A stretch of 64,000 nt of DNA from an uncultured Verrucomicrobiae bacterium (GTDB taxonomy: Bacteria; Verrucomicrobiota; Verrucomicrobiia; Chthoniobacterales; JAFAMB01): contig CAWEXO010000008.1 in assembly GCA_963813025.1 (NCBI GenBank), positions 64,001 through 128,000 of the forward strand, written 5' to 3'. This document shows positions 30,928-41,936 of this stretch, piece by piece. How positions within the stretch are numbered: the first letter of the stretch is position 1; each line of letters begins with the position of its first letter. The translations under genes and the position numbers were made by a program. The notes beneath the pieces were generated by a model. That model saw only the letters and a list, made by a program, of their open reading frames with translations, did not search any database and had not been told where the DNA came from.

Positions 30928-31797
30928 ATGACACATGTGTCTCAGGATGGCTTTCCAGGTGAGATCTCGCAGGTGGGCCGAGCGGCTTTGCGCGATAAAG
31001 TTTTCTTCATCACCGGCGCGAGCCGGGGAATTGGTTTGGCCATTGCTCGATCGGTGGCTCGAGAAGGAGCGCGGGTTGCCGTTGTCGCTAAGACGCAGGA
31101 ACCGCACCCCCGTCTTCCGGGCACGATCTTCTCGGCAGCCAAGGAGATCGAGGCATCCGGCGGAACGGCGCTGCCGATCGCCTGCGATGTTCGCTCGGAA
31201 CAACAAATCGAAGCCGCGGTCGCACAGACGGTCGGTACCTTTGGGGGGATCGATATTCTGATTAATAACGCCAGCGCGATCCAGTTATTGGCCACCGAGG
31301 CACTCCCGGCAAAGCGTTTCGACCTGATGCATGAAGTGAATGCCCGCGGCACTTTCCTTTGCGTCAAGCACTGTGTCACACATCTGCGAAGATCAGCCAA
31401 CCCGCACGTCCTCACGATGGCGCCGCCAGTCTCGCTTCGGGAAAAGTGGTTTGCCGGACATGTCGGTTACACCGTCTCAAAATTCTCGATGGCAATGCTC
31501 ACCTTTGGTTTTGCCGCAGAGTTTCGTGACGATGGGATTGCTTTCAATTGTCTGTGGCCGCGCACAATCATTCAGACCGCCGCGCTCGCGATGATTCCCG
31601 GTATCGAACCCTTCCAATGCCGAACTCCGGAGATCGTGGCCGATGCTGCCCGGGCGATTCTGATCCGACCAGCGGCCGAGTTCAGCGGGCATTTCTGCAT
31701 CGACGAGGAAATCTTGCGGGAAGAAGGAAAGACCGATTTTTCCGGGTACCGGGTGCAAGCAGGTGGCGAGTTGCTGACAGATCTGTTTCTGGAGTGA
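30928..31797 (+). CDS. Short-chain dehydrogenase (HSDL2/AtuG-like)
   Basis: TGASRGIG, AKT.EPHPRLPGT, NNASAI, YxxxK and LWPRT motifs. Confidence 0.9.
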   Translation: MTHVSQDGFPGEISQVGRAALRDKVFFITGASRGIGLAIARSVAREGARVAVVAKTQEPHPRLPGTIFSAAKEIEASGGTALPIACDVRSEQQIEAAVAQTVGTFGGIDILINNASAIQLLATEALPAKRFDLMHEVNARGTFLCVKHCVTHLRRSANPHVLTMAPPVSLREKWFAGHVGYTVSKFSMAMLTFGFAAEFRDDGIAFNCLWPRTIIQTAALAMIPGIEPFQCRTPEIVADAARAILIRPAAEFSGHFCIDEEILREEGKTDFSGYRVQAGGELLTDLFLE

Positions 31798-31891
31798 TGA
31801 ATTTTCCTGGAATCCGTGGTTAACCTTTTGCCCTTCCAAAGGCAGCGCCATTGCCCTTAGTCTGTGGTTCGTAATAGCTGAGGCCGATCCA

Positions 31892-33208
31892 ATGACAAGG
31901 AAGCCGCGACAGATCTCGCGAGCGACCGCGACCAACATCGTGGTCGCCAACATGATCGGGACAGGAGTGTTCACCAGTCTCGGCTTTCAGGTGGCCGCGC
32001 TGAAGTCTGATTTTGCCGTAATCTCGCTCTGGGTTATCGGCGGCTTCGCCGCGCTGTGCGGATCGCTCTGTTATGCCGAGCTGGCCGCAGCGCTGCCCCG
32101 GTCCGGCGGGGAGTACCATTTCCTTTCTCGAATTTACCATCCTGCCGTGGGTTTCATGGCAGGCTGGGTTTCGGCTACGGTCGGTTTCGCAGCGCCGGTG
32201 GCACTCTCCGCAATGGCCTTCGGCAGCTATTTACAACCCTTCTCAGGGAGCTTATCGCCCGTAGCGTTGTCCCTGCTCGTGGTCTGGACTATTGCAGTTG
32301 TGCATTTTTCCGGCATAAGAGTCGGCGCCTTCTTCCAGGATCTGACAACAATTCTAAAGATCGTGCTCATCCTGGTTTTCATTGTGGCTGGACTGGTTGT
32401 CTGTGGTGGAAAGACTACCCACCTGACGCCGGGCGTTGCGGAACTTGGCACGCTCTTTTCGGGTCCGTTCGCCGTTAGTCTGGTGTACGTCATGTATTCC
32501 TACAGCGGCTGGAACGCGGCGACGTACATCACGGAAGAGGTCAAGGAGCCCGCCCGCAACGTGCCCTGGGCTCTGACGCTGGGGACAGTCGTAGTTGCGA
32601 TTCTCTACGTCGCGCTGAACTATGTCTTTTTGGCTTCTACGCCGCGCGCGACGCTGAGTGGACAGGTGCAGGTCGGCTTGCTCGCGGGCCAGTCGATCTT
32701 CGGCGGATTTGGAGGAAAAGTTGTGAGCTTTTTAATCGCGTTTGGCTTGATTGCCTCGATCAGCGCGATGACCTGGATCGGTCCTCGAGTCGCCGAACGA
32801 ATGGCGGAGGATCTACCGTCGCTTAGCTTCTTCGGTCAAGTCAATCGCGCCGGCACCCCCTATTTTGCTTTGCTTTTCCAGCTGACCATTACCACGCTTC
32901 TTCTCCTTAGCGCCACTTTTGAAGCCGTGCTGATCTACATCCAGTTCAGCTTGCTGCTCTGTTCTTTCCTGGCGGTGCTTGGTGTCATCGTCTTACGCTG
33001 GAAGGAGCCTGAGCTGGCAAGACCTTACCGCGTCTGGGGTTACCCGGTGACCCCCCTTATCTTTCTTCTCATCACTCTGCATATGATGATCTTCGTCATG
33101 CGCGATAAACCAGGGGAATCGTCGTTTGGCCTCGGCACAATGATAGCCGGTCTGGCGGTCTACTTCGCTTCTCGCCGACGTGTCGCCGCTGAACCACGTG
33201 GTTTGTAG
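31892..33208 (+). CDS. APC-family amino acid permease
   Basis: MIGTGVF, YAEL...PRSGGEY, YSGWN....EE and RPYRVWGYP motifs. Confidence 0.92.
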   Translation: MTRKPRQISRATATNIVVANMIGTGVFTSLGFQVAALKSDFAVISLWVIGGFAALCGSLCYAELAAALPRSGGEYHFLSRIYHPAVGFMAGWVSATVGFAAPVALSAMAFGSYLQPFSGSLSPVALSLLVVWTIAVVHFSGIRVGAFFQDLTTILKIVLILVFIVAGLVVCGGKTTHLTPGVAELGTLFSGPFAVSLVYVMYSYSGWNAATYITEEVKEPARNVPWALTLGTVVVAILYVALNYVFLASTPRATLSGQVQVGLLAGQSIFGGFGGKVVSFLIAFGLIASISAMTWIGPRVAERMAEDLPSLSFFGQVNRAGTPYFALLFQLTITTLLLLSATFEAVLIYIQFSLLLCSFLAVLGVIVLRWKEPELARPYRVWGYPVTPLIFLLITLHMMIFVMRDKPGESSFGLGTMIAGLAVYFASRRRVAAEPRGL

Positions 33209-33210
33209 CA

Positions 33211-33267
33211 AGCGGGTCCCGGGTAGCGAGTCCCGTGTCCCGAGTCCCGTGTCCCGAGTCCCGAGTT
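33211..33267. repeat. Heptamer tandem repeat (CCGAGTC-like)
   Basis: gcgggtcccgggtagcgagtcccgtgtcccgagtcccgtgtcccgagtcccgag. Confidence 0.8.
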
Positions 33268-33302
33268 GTGGCCGGAGAAATATTCGGCTATGCGATAAGC
33301 CG

Positions 33303-34529
33303 ATGAAGCGACTGAGTTTAGGGATGTTTCTCGTTGTTTGTCTTGGCGCCGCGGACGTTTTCGCCCAGGACAACGCTCCTCCGCCGATTCCTCTGCCACC
33401 GCCCCCGGGCGCTCCGATGGAGCGGCGATCGCCGCCGTTGAGCCAGACGCCGCCGCCACGTGCGGTAGTGATCACTCCGCCAGCAGCGGTCCAAGGTCCG
33501 CCAGTGCCGGTCCAGCGTTCCACCGCGACCGATGCCGCCCGTTTTCTGGCTGGAATGCCGACCGTGGAAGGCTCCCCGCTCACGCCTCTGACCAACGATC
33601 CCCGCTGGCAGGCGCACGCTCAAGCGATGAACGCCGGTTTCGCTCAAATCGAACAGCGGCAACTTAGCAATATCCGCATCTGGCGGTCAGAGTTTCTCGC
33701 TCCGGTCACTCAGGCAAGTCATACGTGCCTTTATTTCTTTAGCGGACCCGATTTCCTCTTTGCGGACGCTTTCTATCCCGATTGCACCAATTATATCCTG
33801 GCGGGACTGGAGCCCGTGGAATCTTTGCCCGAGTTGCAGAACCTTTCCCAACCTGTGCTTTTCAACACACTGCAAAACATCCAGGCATCGCTCAATACAC
33901 TGCTGTCTTTCAGTTTTTTTAAGACTAAGGACATGCGGCAAGAGTTTGCCAGGACGCAGCTGAAAGGGGTAGTGCCGATCCTCTTCGTATTTCTGGTCCG
34001 CACCGGCAAGACGATCGAAAATGTCGACTACATTTCGCTCGACCCTGGAGGCAAACTCTTTCATGGACAGGGTGGAATTCGCGGAGTGAAGATCACTTTC
34101 CTCGATCCGGTCTCCGGCGCGCGAAAGACGTTGTTCTATTTTTCCGCAGACCTGTCGGATGATGGACTTCGCAAAAATCCCGGAGTGCTTCGATTTAGCG
34201 AGACGTTAGCTCCGACAAACAGCTTCTTGAAAGCTGCATCGTATCTGCTCCACGAAAACGGTTTCAACACGGCGCGAAATTTTCTGCTGCAGGTCAGCGC
34301 TACGATTTTGCAGGACGATTCCGGGATTCCCTTTCGCGCTTTCCCTCCCGACAAGTGGACGCTCCGCTTTTTTGGTTCCTACTTCGGCCCGATCGATCTG
34401 TTTAAACAATTTTATCAACCAGAGCTTCGCCAACTCTACGCCGCAAGCTCGCCCCCGCCCTTAACGTTTGGGTTCGGGTATCAGTGGAACCGCCATAACT
34501 CGACACTCATGCTGGCGGCGCGCAGGTAA
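33303..34529 (+). CDS. Secreted hypothetical protein with Pro-rich N-terminus
   Basis: Signal peptide followed by a globular region with YFFSGPD, KAASYL and QDDSGIP motifs; function not recognised. Confidence 0.7.
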   Translation: MKRLSLGMFLVVCLGAADVFAQDNAPPPIPLPPPPGAPMERRSPPLSQTPPPRAVVITPPAAVQGPPVPVQRSTATDAARFLAGMPTVEGSPLTPLTNDPRWQAHAQAMNAGFAQIEQRQLSNIRIWRSEFLAPVTQASHTCLYFFSGPDFLFADAFYPDCTNYILAGLEPVESLPELQNLSQPVLFNTLQNIQASLNTLLSFSFFKTKDMRQEFARTQLKGVVPILFVFLVRTGKTIENVDYISLDPGGKLFHGQGGIRGVKITFLDPVSGARKTLFYFSADLSDDGLRKNPGVLRFSETLAPTNSFLKAASYLLHENGFNTARNFLLQVSATILQDDSGIPFRAFPPDKWTLRFFGSYFGPIDLFKQFYQPELRQLYAASSPPPLTFGFGYQWNRHNSTLMLAARR

Positions 34530-34544
34530 GCCACGACATCTAAA

Positions 34545-34700
34545 TCAGGAAGGACCAATGACTATCTGGCCATTATAGCCGGTCGCCATATAGACATGCT
34601 TGTCTGGGAGAACCCAGAAAGAATTGGAATACCTAAGGTCCGGCTCCCAACGATTATGCATGTCCACGGTAGCCATGGTTTCCCCCCGGTTGTCATTTTC
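34545..34700 (-). pseudogene. Possible serine hydrolase C-terminal remnant
   Basis: RYSNSFWVLPDKHVYMATGYNGQIVIGPS resembles class C beta-lactamase-like C-termini. Confidence 0.4.
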
Positions 34701-34799
34701 CGCGCTATTTGATGTACACGCCCGCTGAATGCGAGAATTGCAGCAGTCGCTGAGCAAGACCGAAAGATCGGACTCGGGACTCGCCTGCTCGGGACTCGC

Positions 34800-35843
34800 T
34801 TAACCCACCTTGCCCAAGACAAGCCGCAAAAAATGCGCATCGGAGAAGGGCCCGCTGCGCCCCTGGCGAACGACGATCAGATCGAGCGAGGGACAGATGA
34901 ACATGCGCTGATATCCTGAACCGACGGCGGCGATCAAATCGTGGGGGGCATTATTGCAGAGGCAAGCGCCCCGCCAGTTTTCCCGACTCCAAGGTACTTC
35001 CAACATGTTCTCAACATCGACTTCCCGGCCGTCGGGAGCAGCCCGATTCAGCCAAAAACCCATTCCGAACATCGGGTTCGCGCGCGAGCCACGAAAACAT
35101 TGGTCGAGCAGGTCAGCTCGAACAATTTGGCGCCCTCGGTACTTGCCCCGATTCAAAATGAGAATACCAAGTTGCGCCCACTGGCGAGCGGACAGCTTAA
35201 AGCCGCTAGCCAGAAGTGGATTGCCCTCACGGTCTTCCCGAAAGTCGACATAGCCAATACCAAGTGGCCGAAGCAGCCGGCGAGATAGATATTGCTCCGG
35301 TGTCAGATGACGCGAGGCGAGCTTCCGGCGCAGCACCTCGCTGTAGATCTGCAGCTCACTCGGGCCATACATGAAGGCCTCGCCTGGCTCGCGGACGGCC
35401 TGCAGATGGACACTGTACCCATTCCGATCGGGAATCGATCGACCATGGAGCGAGAAAACCGGCTCAATGCCCGCATTGAAACTCAGAAGATCGCGAGTGG
35501 TGATCTCGCCTTTATCCGGAGAATCGCGCCATTCGGCCAAGGTGTCCTTGACCGGCTCGTCGAGCCTGAGGATACCATCCTGTTCCGCCGCAATCGCCGC
35601 GATACACCAGAAACCCTTGGTTCCACTAAAAATTGAGGCAACCCGGCCTCGGCTAAAACCGTTGTGGTAATTTTCGTAAATGACTTTGCCGCGTTGAATC
35701 ACCAACAGGGAAAGTCCATGTCGGGCCGCTGAGTAAGCGTCAGCCGCTTTGAGCGATTGAGGACTGATCTCCGCCGAGGCAAACGGAGCAAGACAAAGCG
35801 AGAAATAACCAATGGTCCAAGCCGAAAACAAAAAAGTTCTCAT
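34800..35843 (-). CDS. Serine hydrolase, beta-lactamase/CubicO family
   Basis: Signal peptide, SGTK (SxxK), PG..F.Y and LDLIVVR motifs. Confidence 0.88.
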   Translation of the reverse strand: MRTFLFSAWTIGYFSLCLAPFASAEISPQSLKAADAYSAARHGLSLLVIQRGKVIYENYHNGFSRGRVASIFSGTKGFWCIAAIAAEQDGILRLDEPVKDTLAEWRDSPDKGEITTRDLLSFNAGIEPVFSLHGRSIPDRNGYSVHLQAVREPGEAFMYGPSELQIYSEVLRRKLASRHLTPEQYLSRRLLRPLGIGYVDFREDREGNPLLASGFKLSARQWAQLGILILNRGKYRGRQIVRADLLDQCFRGSRANPMFGMGFWLNRAAPDGREVDVENMLEVPWSRENWRGACLCNNAPHDLIAAVGSGYQRMFICPSLDLIVVRQGRSGPFSDAHFLRLVLGKVG

Positions 35844-36119
35844 AAAGGTCAACGACAGATGCTACAGATTGCCCAGCGCGGCGGATCTGCAACCAAAGCT
35901 CTTCAGGTACCGTTGGACCTTGCTTTCGCCGGATGAGCGCTGTGGACCCGTTGTCGCGCTCCTTGAGAACTCCGCGTCTCTGATGCGTTTCCCCGGGGAA
36001 ATGGACAAAGGGATCCAGCTCTGAAAGGCGAGTCAACTCTCGGCAAGGCTCGACGGCTGGCACCGACACTCCGACACACTCCGAGACGCAATACGCCTTA
36101 GGCAGCACGCCGACACGCC

Positions 36120-37925
36120 TTATGCGGCGACCGGCAAATCAAAATAGAACTCCGTTTCTTCACCGAGTCTGCTGGTCACACCGATCCGGCCATCATGCGC
36201 CTTCACAATCTGCCGCGCGATTGAGAGACCGAGACCAGCGCCTTCCCCACCCTGCTTGTTGGATCGGTAGAACTTGTCGAAGACTCTGGCTTGCTCTTCC
36301 TCGGTCAGTCCTGGTCCACGATTGTTGACGACAAAACGGACATAACCGTCAACCACCTTTTCTGCTCGTAACCGAATGGCCGAACCTGGTGTGCTGTACT
36401 TCAGCGCATTGGAAAGAAAATTCGACATCACCAAACCGATGCGCTCGAGATCCGCTAAGACGTTCGGCATCTCGTTTGTCGCATCGATTTTCAGGAGATG
36501 CCCTTCCGCTTCCGCGGTCTCGGAGAAATTCTTGTAAGCGGTATCCAGTATCAACTCGGACGGAACCGGCCGGATATCGAGCTCGGCCTTGCCGCTCTCC
36601 ATTCGCGCTAGGTCGAGGATGCTGGACAGGGTACTCAAGAGCCGTTCGCAGTCATTCCGCCCAGAGACCACTAGTTCTTCCTGGGCGGCGGAGAGCCCGC
36701 CCATCCGCTTCTCCAATAAAAGATGCAAAACCAAACGAATGCCGGTGAGTGGAGTCCGGATCTCGTGGCTCAAAGTCGAAAGCAGGTCCGATTTCATTTC
36801 GTCGAGCCAGCGAAACCGAGTGACATCCACGAGCATTAACGCCCGGCCTGCGCTCTTCTGGTCCTCCAGGACGATCGAAAAGATTCGGGGAAGGAAATAG
36901 ACTTCCTGGTCGTCGATCCGGAAAAACATCGCTTGTTTCAGATCGTCGAGACGATAATCCGGACCGGTAATCGAGGCTTGGGCCAAGTGTTTCTCGATCT
37001 GAGCCGGCAAGCGTCCGGCTGAACGGAGAGAGTTCAATAGCTTCTCTGCTGCCGGATTGGTTCGGGTGATGCGATCCTGCTCATCCAGGATAAACAGCGG
37101 AAAGGGCAGCGTGGTAAGCATCGCGCGAATAATCTGATTGAGCTCGATGAACTTGCGGTCTGTCTCCCGGTAGAAATTGCGCAACTCCTGCGCCATAAGA
37201 TTGAACTCGGCGCTTAAATCGCCGAGTTCATCGTGCGTTCTCACCGGCAACGAACGATCGAAATCGCGAGAACGCAGATAGCGGATGGATTGAGTCAAAT
37301 TCCGGATCGGCGTGATGATCGAGTGACCAAGCCGCAGGTAAGTGAAGATGAAAACGACAATCGCGCTAACCATGGCAATGATCAGCAAACGAATGGAGTC
37401 ATGGGCTTGCTGATCCGCGCGGTTATTAGCGATAAGCATTTGGTTCTCATTGATGGCGAGAACCTTTTGGCTGAGATCCGTGATACGCAGAGTCGCTTCC
37501 GCGATGCGTGTACGAGTTTGCGCGTAAGCTGGATCGTTGTTGCGGAACTGAGCGAAGATGGTGCGATAGATGTCGATGTAATCTTTAACCGCGGCCCGCA
37601 ATTGCCGGACGTACTCAATCTCCTCAGGGGTTTTGGCATTGCGCTCGAGCACAGCTAATTGCTCGTGGAATTCGCGCTCCGTCTGATCGAGCGTTCCCGT
37701 TTGGTCGTAGGGCGGAGCAGGCCGGTCACCCTTGGTATAAAAAGTGTTCACGCGCGCGGTTGCCACGCGCATGAAATGACACGCTTTGATGCTGTCGTAA
37801 TTGTTTCGCAAAACGTTGTTAATAGACCTTCCCAGATCGTGAAAAAGCCAAACCCCGTAGATGCCAACCAGGAGAAGGATCAGCAGCGTAGCCAGAAGGC
37901 CGAGCGTTAGTCTCCAGCGAAGCAT
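36120..37925 (-). CDS. HAMP/PAS sensor histidine kinase (KinB-like)
   Basis: Two TM segments, HAMP, SHEIRTPL, NFLSNALKY and GAGLGL motifs. Confidence 0.92.
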   Translation of the reverse strand: MLRWRLTLGLLATLLILLLVGIYGVWLFHDLGRSINNVLRNNYDSIKACHFMRVATARVNTFYTKGDRPAPPYDQTGTLDQTEREFHEQLAVLERNAKTPEEIEYVRQLRAAVKDYIDIYRTIFAQFRNNDPAYAQTRTRIAEATLRITDLSQKVLAINENQMLIANNRADQQAHDSIRLLIIAMVSAIVVFIFTYLRLGHSIITPIRNLTQSIRYLRSRDFDRSLPVRTHDELGDLSAEFNLMAQELRNFYRETDRKFIELNQIIRAMLTTLPFPLFILDEQDRITRTNPAAEKLLNSLRSAGRLPAQIEKHLAQASITGPDYRLDDLKQAMFFRIDDQEVYFLPRIFSIVLEDQKSAGRALMLVDVTRFRWLDEMKSDLLSTLSHEIRTPLTGIRLVLHLLLEKRMGGLSAAQEELVVSGRNDCERLLSTLSSILDLARMESGKAELDIRPVPSELILDTAYKNFSETAEAEGHLLKIDATNEMPNVLADLERIGLVMSNFLSNALKYSTPGSAIRLRAEKVVDGYVRFVVNNRGPGLTEEEQARVFDKFYRSNKQGGEGAGLGLSIARQIVKAHDGRIGVTSRLGEETEFYFDLPVAA

Positions 37926-37934
37926 GGGCAGCGG

Positions 37935-39290
37935 TTACAAACTTAAGCGCTTGCGTTTGCGATACAAGGTGGCCGGATCAATGCCGAGAATCCGGGCCGC
38001 GGCATCCAGGCTCGACGCGCGTTGCAAGACTTGGCGGATGTGTGCCTCCTCGAGTTGATCGATGGTGGCATCGGACCCGATTCGGACGGTTCCCTCGCTG
38101 GGGAACGGCAAGTTCGCAGGAAAATGTTCCTCGTCGATAAGCGGGTTTTGGGAAAGAATCACCGCGCGCTCGATTGTGTTTCGGAGTTCGCGAATATTGC
38201 CGGGCCAGGGATAGGATCTAATCCGGGCCAGTGCGCTGTCGGAAAAGCGGAGTTCACCCCGACCAAGCTGGCTGCTGAAAAACTGCAGAAATTCCATAGC
38301 CAGCTTTTCCAGATCGGCGGGCCGCTCCCGCAATGGGGGTATCCGGACAGAGATAACGTCCAGGCGATAATAGAGGTCTTCCCGGAATGTGCCTTCCCGG
38401 ATGCGTTCCCTCAGATCCCGGTTGGTTGCGGCCACGATCCGTGCGTTGGTCGTTCTCGTTTTGTGCTCACCGACTCTCTCGTATTGGCGCTCCTGTAGTA
38501 AGCGGAGAAGCTTGGGCTGGATCTCCAGGGGCAGCTCGCCGATTTCGTCAAGAAAGAGGGTGCCGGATTCCGCGGCGGCCACCCTACCCCAGGTATCGCG
38601 GACCGCGCCGGTGAATGCTCCTTTGACGTGCCCAAACAATTCGCTCTCGAGCAACTCTCGAGAGAGACTGGGGCAACTGACAGTAACGAAGGCCCCGTCT
38701 TTGAACAAACTGCGGTCATGCACCGCCCGGGCCAGAACACTCTTTCCGGTGCCGCTCTCGCCCAATAGCAAAATCGGTGCCTGGGTCGGAGCAGCCCGGA
38801 CGAGCACCTCCAGAATCTTTTCCATCTGCGGGTCGCTCGGTTCCAGGTCGATTGTCGGACTCTGCGTCAGAATCCGCTCTTCCAAGTCGCTAAGCTTGGT
38901 CTCGAGGTGGCGTTGTTTTTCGGTCCGAATGAGGATTTGGCGGAGGTGCTCGGGAGTGAAAGGTTTTTCGAGGTAGTCAAATGCTCCCTGCTGAATCGCG
39001 GCGACGGCCGAAGCAATTGAGGCGTAAGCAGTAAAAACGACGACGGGCAACGATGGAGTATGACGTTTGATTTGGGCCAGCAACTCCAAACCGTCTTCGT
39101 CGCCCAGGCGGAGATCGAGAAACATCAGGTCATAAGTTTCCTCGGCTAGTTTGCCAAGGCAGACCACGCCACTATCCGCCGTATCGACCTGGTGCCCTTC
39201 AGCCCGAATGGCCGCTGCCGTTGAGGTTCGGATTGATTTGTCGTCGTCAACGATGAGAACACGCACTGCAAGAAAATACTCGCGGCGCAT
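37935..39290 (-). CDS. Sigma-54-dependent response regulator (AlgB/NtrC-like)
   Basis: Receiver domain, [29 protein letters not shown], Fis-type HTH. Confidence 0.95.
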   Translation of the reverse strand: MRREYFLAVRVLIVDDDKSIRTSTAAAIRAEGHQVDTADSGVVCLGKLAEETYDLMFLDLRLGDEDGLELLAQIKRHTPSLPVVVFTAYASIASAVAAIQQGAFDYLEKPFTPEHLRQILIRTEKQRHLETKLSDLEERILTQSPTIDLEPSDPQMEKILEVLVRAAPTQAPILLLGESGTGKSVLARAVHDRSLFKDGAFVTVSCPSLSRELLESELFGHVKGAFTGAVRDTWGRVAAAESGTLFLDEIGELPLEIQPKLLRLLQERQYERVGEHKTRTTNARIVAATNRDLRERIREGTFREDLYYRLDVISVRIPPLRERPADLEKLAMEFLQFFSSQLGRGELRFSDSALARIRSYPWPGNIRELRNTIERAVILSQNPLIDEEHFPANLPFPSEGTVRIGSDATIDQLEEAHIRQVLQRASSLDAAARILGIDPATLYRKRKRLSL

Positions 39291-39353
39291 CCGGGCCGCA
39301 ATTGGGAGTCTGAGCGGCATTTGCAGATCAACAACGCTCGCTTACCTACGTAT

Positions 39354-40637
39354 ATGCCAATTCTGTACCTGGACTGCTTTTCGGGGATCAGCGGAGATAT
39401 GCTGGTCGGTCTACTCGCTGACTTGGGCGTCGCCCCATCCGCTTTCGAATGGGAACTCAGCCGGCTCGGGCTGGAAGACCATCACCTCCACTTTGAGCGG
39501 GTGTCCAGAGCCGGAATTTCCTCGATCTGTTTCAGCGTGCACGGAGGCGCGACACATCAAGAAATGGGCGACGAGTCTTCTCTGAAAAGACGCTCTCATC
39601 CGCCACATGATGGCGATCATTTCCACCAGCACCAGGAGGAGCCGACTAAAGAAGGACGGAACTACCGCGCGATCCGCGAGCTGATCAATCGCAGCGAATT
39701 GTCGGCCTTTGTGAAGGAAAAAAGCATCGCGGTTTTTCAGCGTCTCGCCACGGTCGAAGGGAAGATTCATGGCGTGCCGGCCGACGATGTTCATTTTCAT
39801 GAGGTGGGCGCCCTTGACTCGATTGTCGACATCGTGCTGACTTGTGTTGGACTTGAGACTCTGCGGATCAGCGAGGTGCGGGTGTCGCCGCTGGTCGATG
39901 GACAAGGCGTTCTACGGTGTGCGCACGGCGAGTATCCAGTGCCAGCCCCGGCGACGCTTGAGCTCTTAACCGGGTTACCCTTGCGTCAGATCCCGGTCGA
40001 AGGAGAGCTCATCACGCCAACGGGTGCGGCTCTGCTTGCCGAATTTCAAAAAGGCATCGGACCAATGCCAGCTTTACGGATCGAAAAAATTGGCTACGGC
40101 GCCGGCAGTCGGGAACTTCCCGGACGGGCGAACGTCTTGCGGGGAGTACTTGGCGAGCTCGAGCGGAAATCCGGGACGGACGAAGTCGTCGAAATCCAGG
40201 CCAATATCGATGACCTCTCGCCCGAGATCCTCGGTTCAACTCAAGAACAGTTGTTCGCCAGCGGCGCTCTCGACGTGTTCTTTACACCTGTCCAGATGAA
40301 GAAAAATCGGCCGGGCACGCTCCTCACCGTGTTGTGTCACGTCGACAATGTCGCTGATCTTGAAACTTTGATTTTTCGGGAGACAAGCACGTTTGGCATC
40401 CGCCGTCGCGAAGTGCAGCGACGGATTTTGGATCGCCAGATTCTTGCTGTCGAAACTGCCTATGGGCCGGTCCGAGTGAAGCTTGGACTGCTCGGGGACG
40501 AAGTGGTGCAAGTCTCGCCGGAGTTCGGAGATTGCCGTGCGCGGGCCACGGAAAAGGGCGCACCGCTCAAACGAGTTTACGAGGCTGCCATGGGAGCTTT
40601 CCGGGCACAGCAGGAACGAATGGGCGATGACCAATGA
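39354..40637 (+). CDS. larC: Nickel pincer cofactor nickel insertase
   Basis: DCFSGISGDM, His-rich linker, VHFHEVGALDSIVD, AHG..PVPAPAT and MKKNRPG motifs. Confidence 0.93.
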   Translation: MPILYLDCFSGISGDMLVGLLADLGVAPSAFEWELSRLGLEDHHLHFERVSRAGISSICFSVHGGATHQEMGDESSLKRRSHPPHDGDHFHQHQEEPTKEGRNYRAIRELINRSELSAFVKEKSIAVFQRLATVEGKIHGVPADDVHFHEVGALDSIVDIVLTCVGLETLRISEVRVSPLVDGQGVLRCAHGEYPVPAPATLELLTGLPLRQIPVEGELITPTGAALLAEFQKGIGPMPALRIEKIGYGAGSRELPGRANVLRGVLGELERKSGTDEVVEIQANIDDLSPEILGSTQEQLFASGALDVFFTPVQMKKNRPGTLLTVLCHVDNVADLETLIFRETSTFGIRRREVQRRILDRQILAVETAYGPVRVKLGLLGDEVVQVSPEFGDCRARATEKGAPLKRVYEAAMGAFRAQQERMGDDQ

Positions 40638-40847
40638 GCGATGACCGATGACCGATGACTGGGCGCGGTCAGGACACGGGGAACACTATATCGTTGAGAT
40701 TAGTTTGATTGTTCAATTTGGAAGTTGGCGCAGCTTGCGAATCTGGTGTCAGCGCTCAGCTCATTCCCCCTCCGAGATGGCCAAAATTAAATTTCGGCCT
40801 CCCACGAATCTTGTTGAACTTCAGCAATATCAGGCGTTCGGTGAAGG

Positions 40848-41825
40848 ATGAGCACCGCTACACTGGAAAAAGTTTCACAGCTCGATCAGCTCAAACAGTT
40901 TACGAAGGTGGTGGCTGATTCTGGCGATTTTGAGTCGATTCGAGCGTATAAGCCACAGGACTCAACAACTAACCCGAGCCTGATTCTCACTGCTGTACAA
41001 AAAGACGAGTACGCCCATCTACTCGATAATGCTATGAGCGACCTGAAGTCTTCGCCCTTAAACGGAAAGGCGAAGATCGAAGCCATTATGGATGAACTTC
41101 TGGTCGAATTTGGAACCGAAATTCTGAAGATCGTACCGGGCCGCGTCTCGACCGAGACCGACGCCCGGCTCTCTTTCGATACGGAAGGTTCGATCAACAA
41201 GGCGCGGCAGCTGATCGCTCTTTATGAGAAGCGCGGAGTTAAACGTGAGCGGGTTCTCATAAAGATTGCTTCGACCTGGGAAGGGATAAAAGCGGCGGAA
41301 CAGCTCCAAAAAGAATCGATCAATTGCAATCTCACCTTGCTGTTTTCTTTTCCGCAAGCTGTCGCGTGCGGGGAGTCCAAGGTGCGACTCATCTCGCCGT
41401 TTGTTGGCCGAATCTATGACTGGTACAAGAAGGACACCGGCAAGGATTACCACGGGGCAGATGATCCAGGCGTCCAGTCCGTGACCCGCATCTACAATTA
41501 TTACAAAAAGTTCGGATACTCCACAGAGGTCATGGGAGCCAGCTTCCGGACCAAAGAACAGATCGTCGAATTGGCGGGCTGTGATTTGCTGACCATCAGC
41601 CCGAAGCTGCTGGACGAGTTGGCCAACTCGACTGAGCCGGTGGAACGAAAGCTTTCTCCAGACCAGGCCAAGAATGCGAAGGACGAAAGGATTACTCTCG
41701 ACGAGAAGCAATTCCGCTTTCTTTTCAACGAGGATCCGATGGCGGTCGACAAGACCGCGGAAGGCATTCGCAAATTTTCCGCAGACATCGTCAAGCTCGA
41801 GAAATTGGTCGAAGCGAAGCTGTAG
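40848..41825 (+). CDS. tal: Transaldolase
   Basis: [34 protein letters not shown] and MGASFR motifs. Confidence 0.97.
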   Translation: MSTATLEKVSQLDQLKQFTKVVADSGDFESIRAYKPQDSTTNPSLILTAVQKDEYAHLLDNAMSDLKSSPLNGKAKIEAIMDELLVEFGTEILKIVPGRVSTETDARLSFDTEGSINKARQLIALYEKRGVKRERVLIKIASTWEGIKAAEQLQKESINCNLTLLFSFPQAVACGESKVRLISPFVGRIYDWYKKDTGKDYHGADDPGVQSVTRIYNYYKKFGYSTEVMGASFRTKEQIVELAGCDLLTISPKLLDELANSTEPVERKLSPDQAKNAKDERITLDEKQFRFLFNEDPMAVDKTAEGIRKFSADIVKLEKLVEAKL

Positions 41826-41842
41826 AAAAAAACGACGATTTG

Positions 41843-41936
41843 GAGTCCTTGAACACCGAAACTCGATGTAGAGGAATCAAGTTTTTTTTAAGCGGATTTT
41901 TTTCCACCTACTCTATTCCTCCCCTTTCAAGGACTC
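41843..41936. mobile_element. MITE-like ~95-bp element, copy 1
   Basis: TIR GAGTCCTTGAA / TTCAAGGACTC; internal AATCAAGTTTTT..AAGCGGATTTTTT shared with 52237-52335. Confidence 0.7.

Noticed and set aside
35860..36060. Riboswitch or small ORF between the kinase and the serine hydrolase
   Set aside because: No recognisable aptamer consensus or credible protein in the frames I translated
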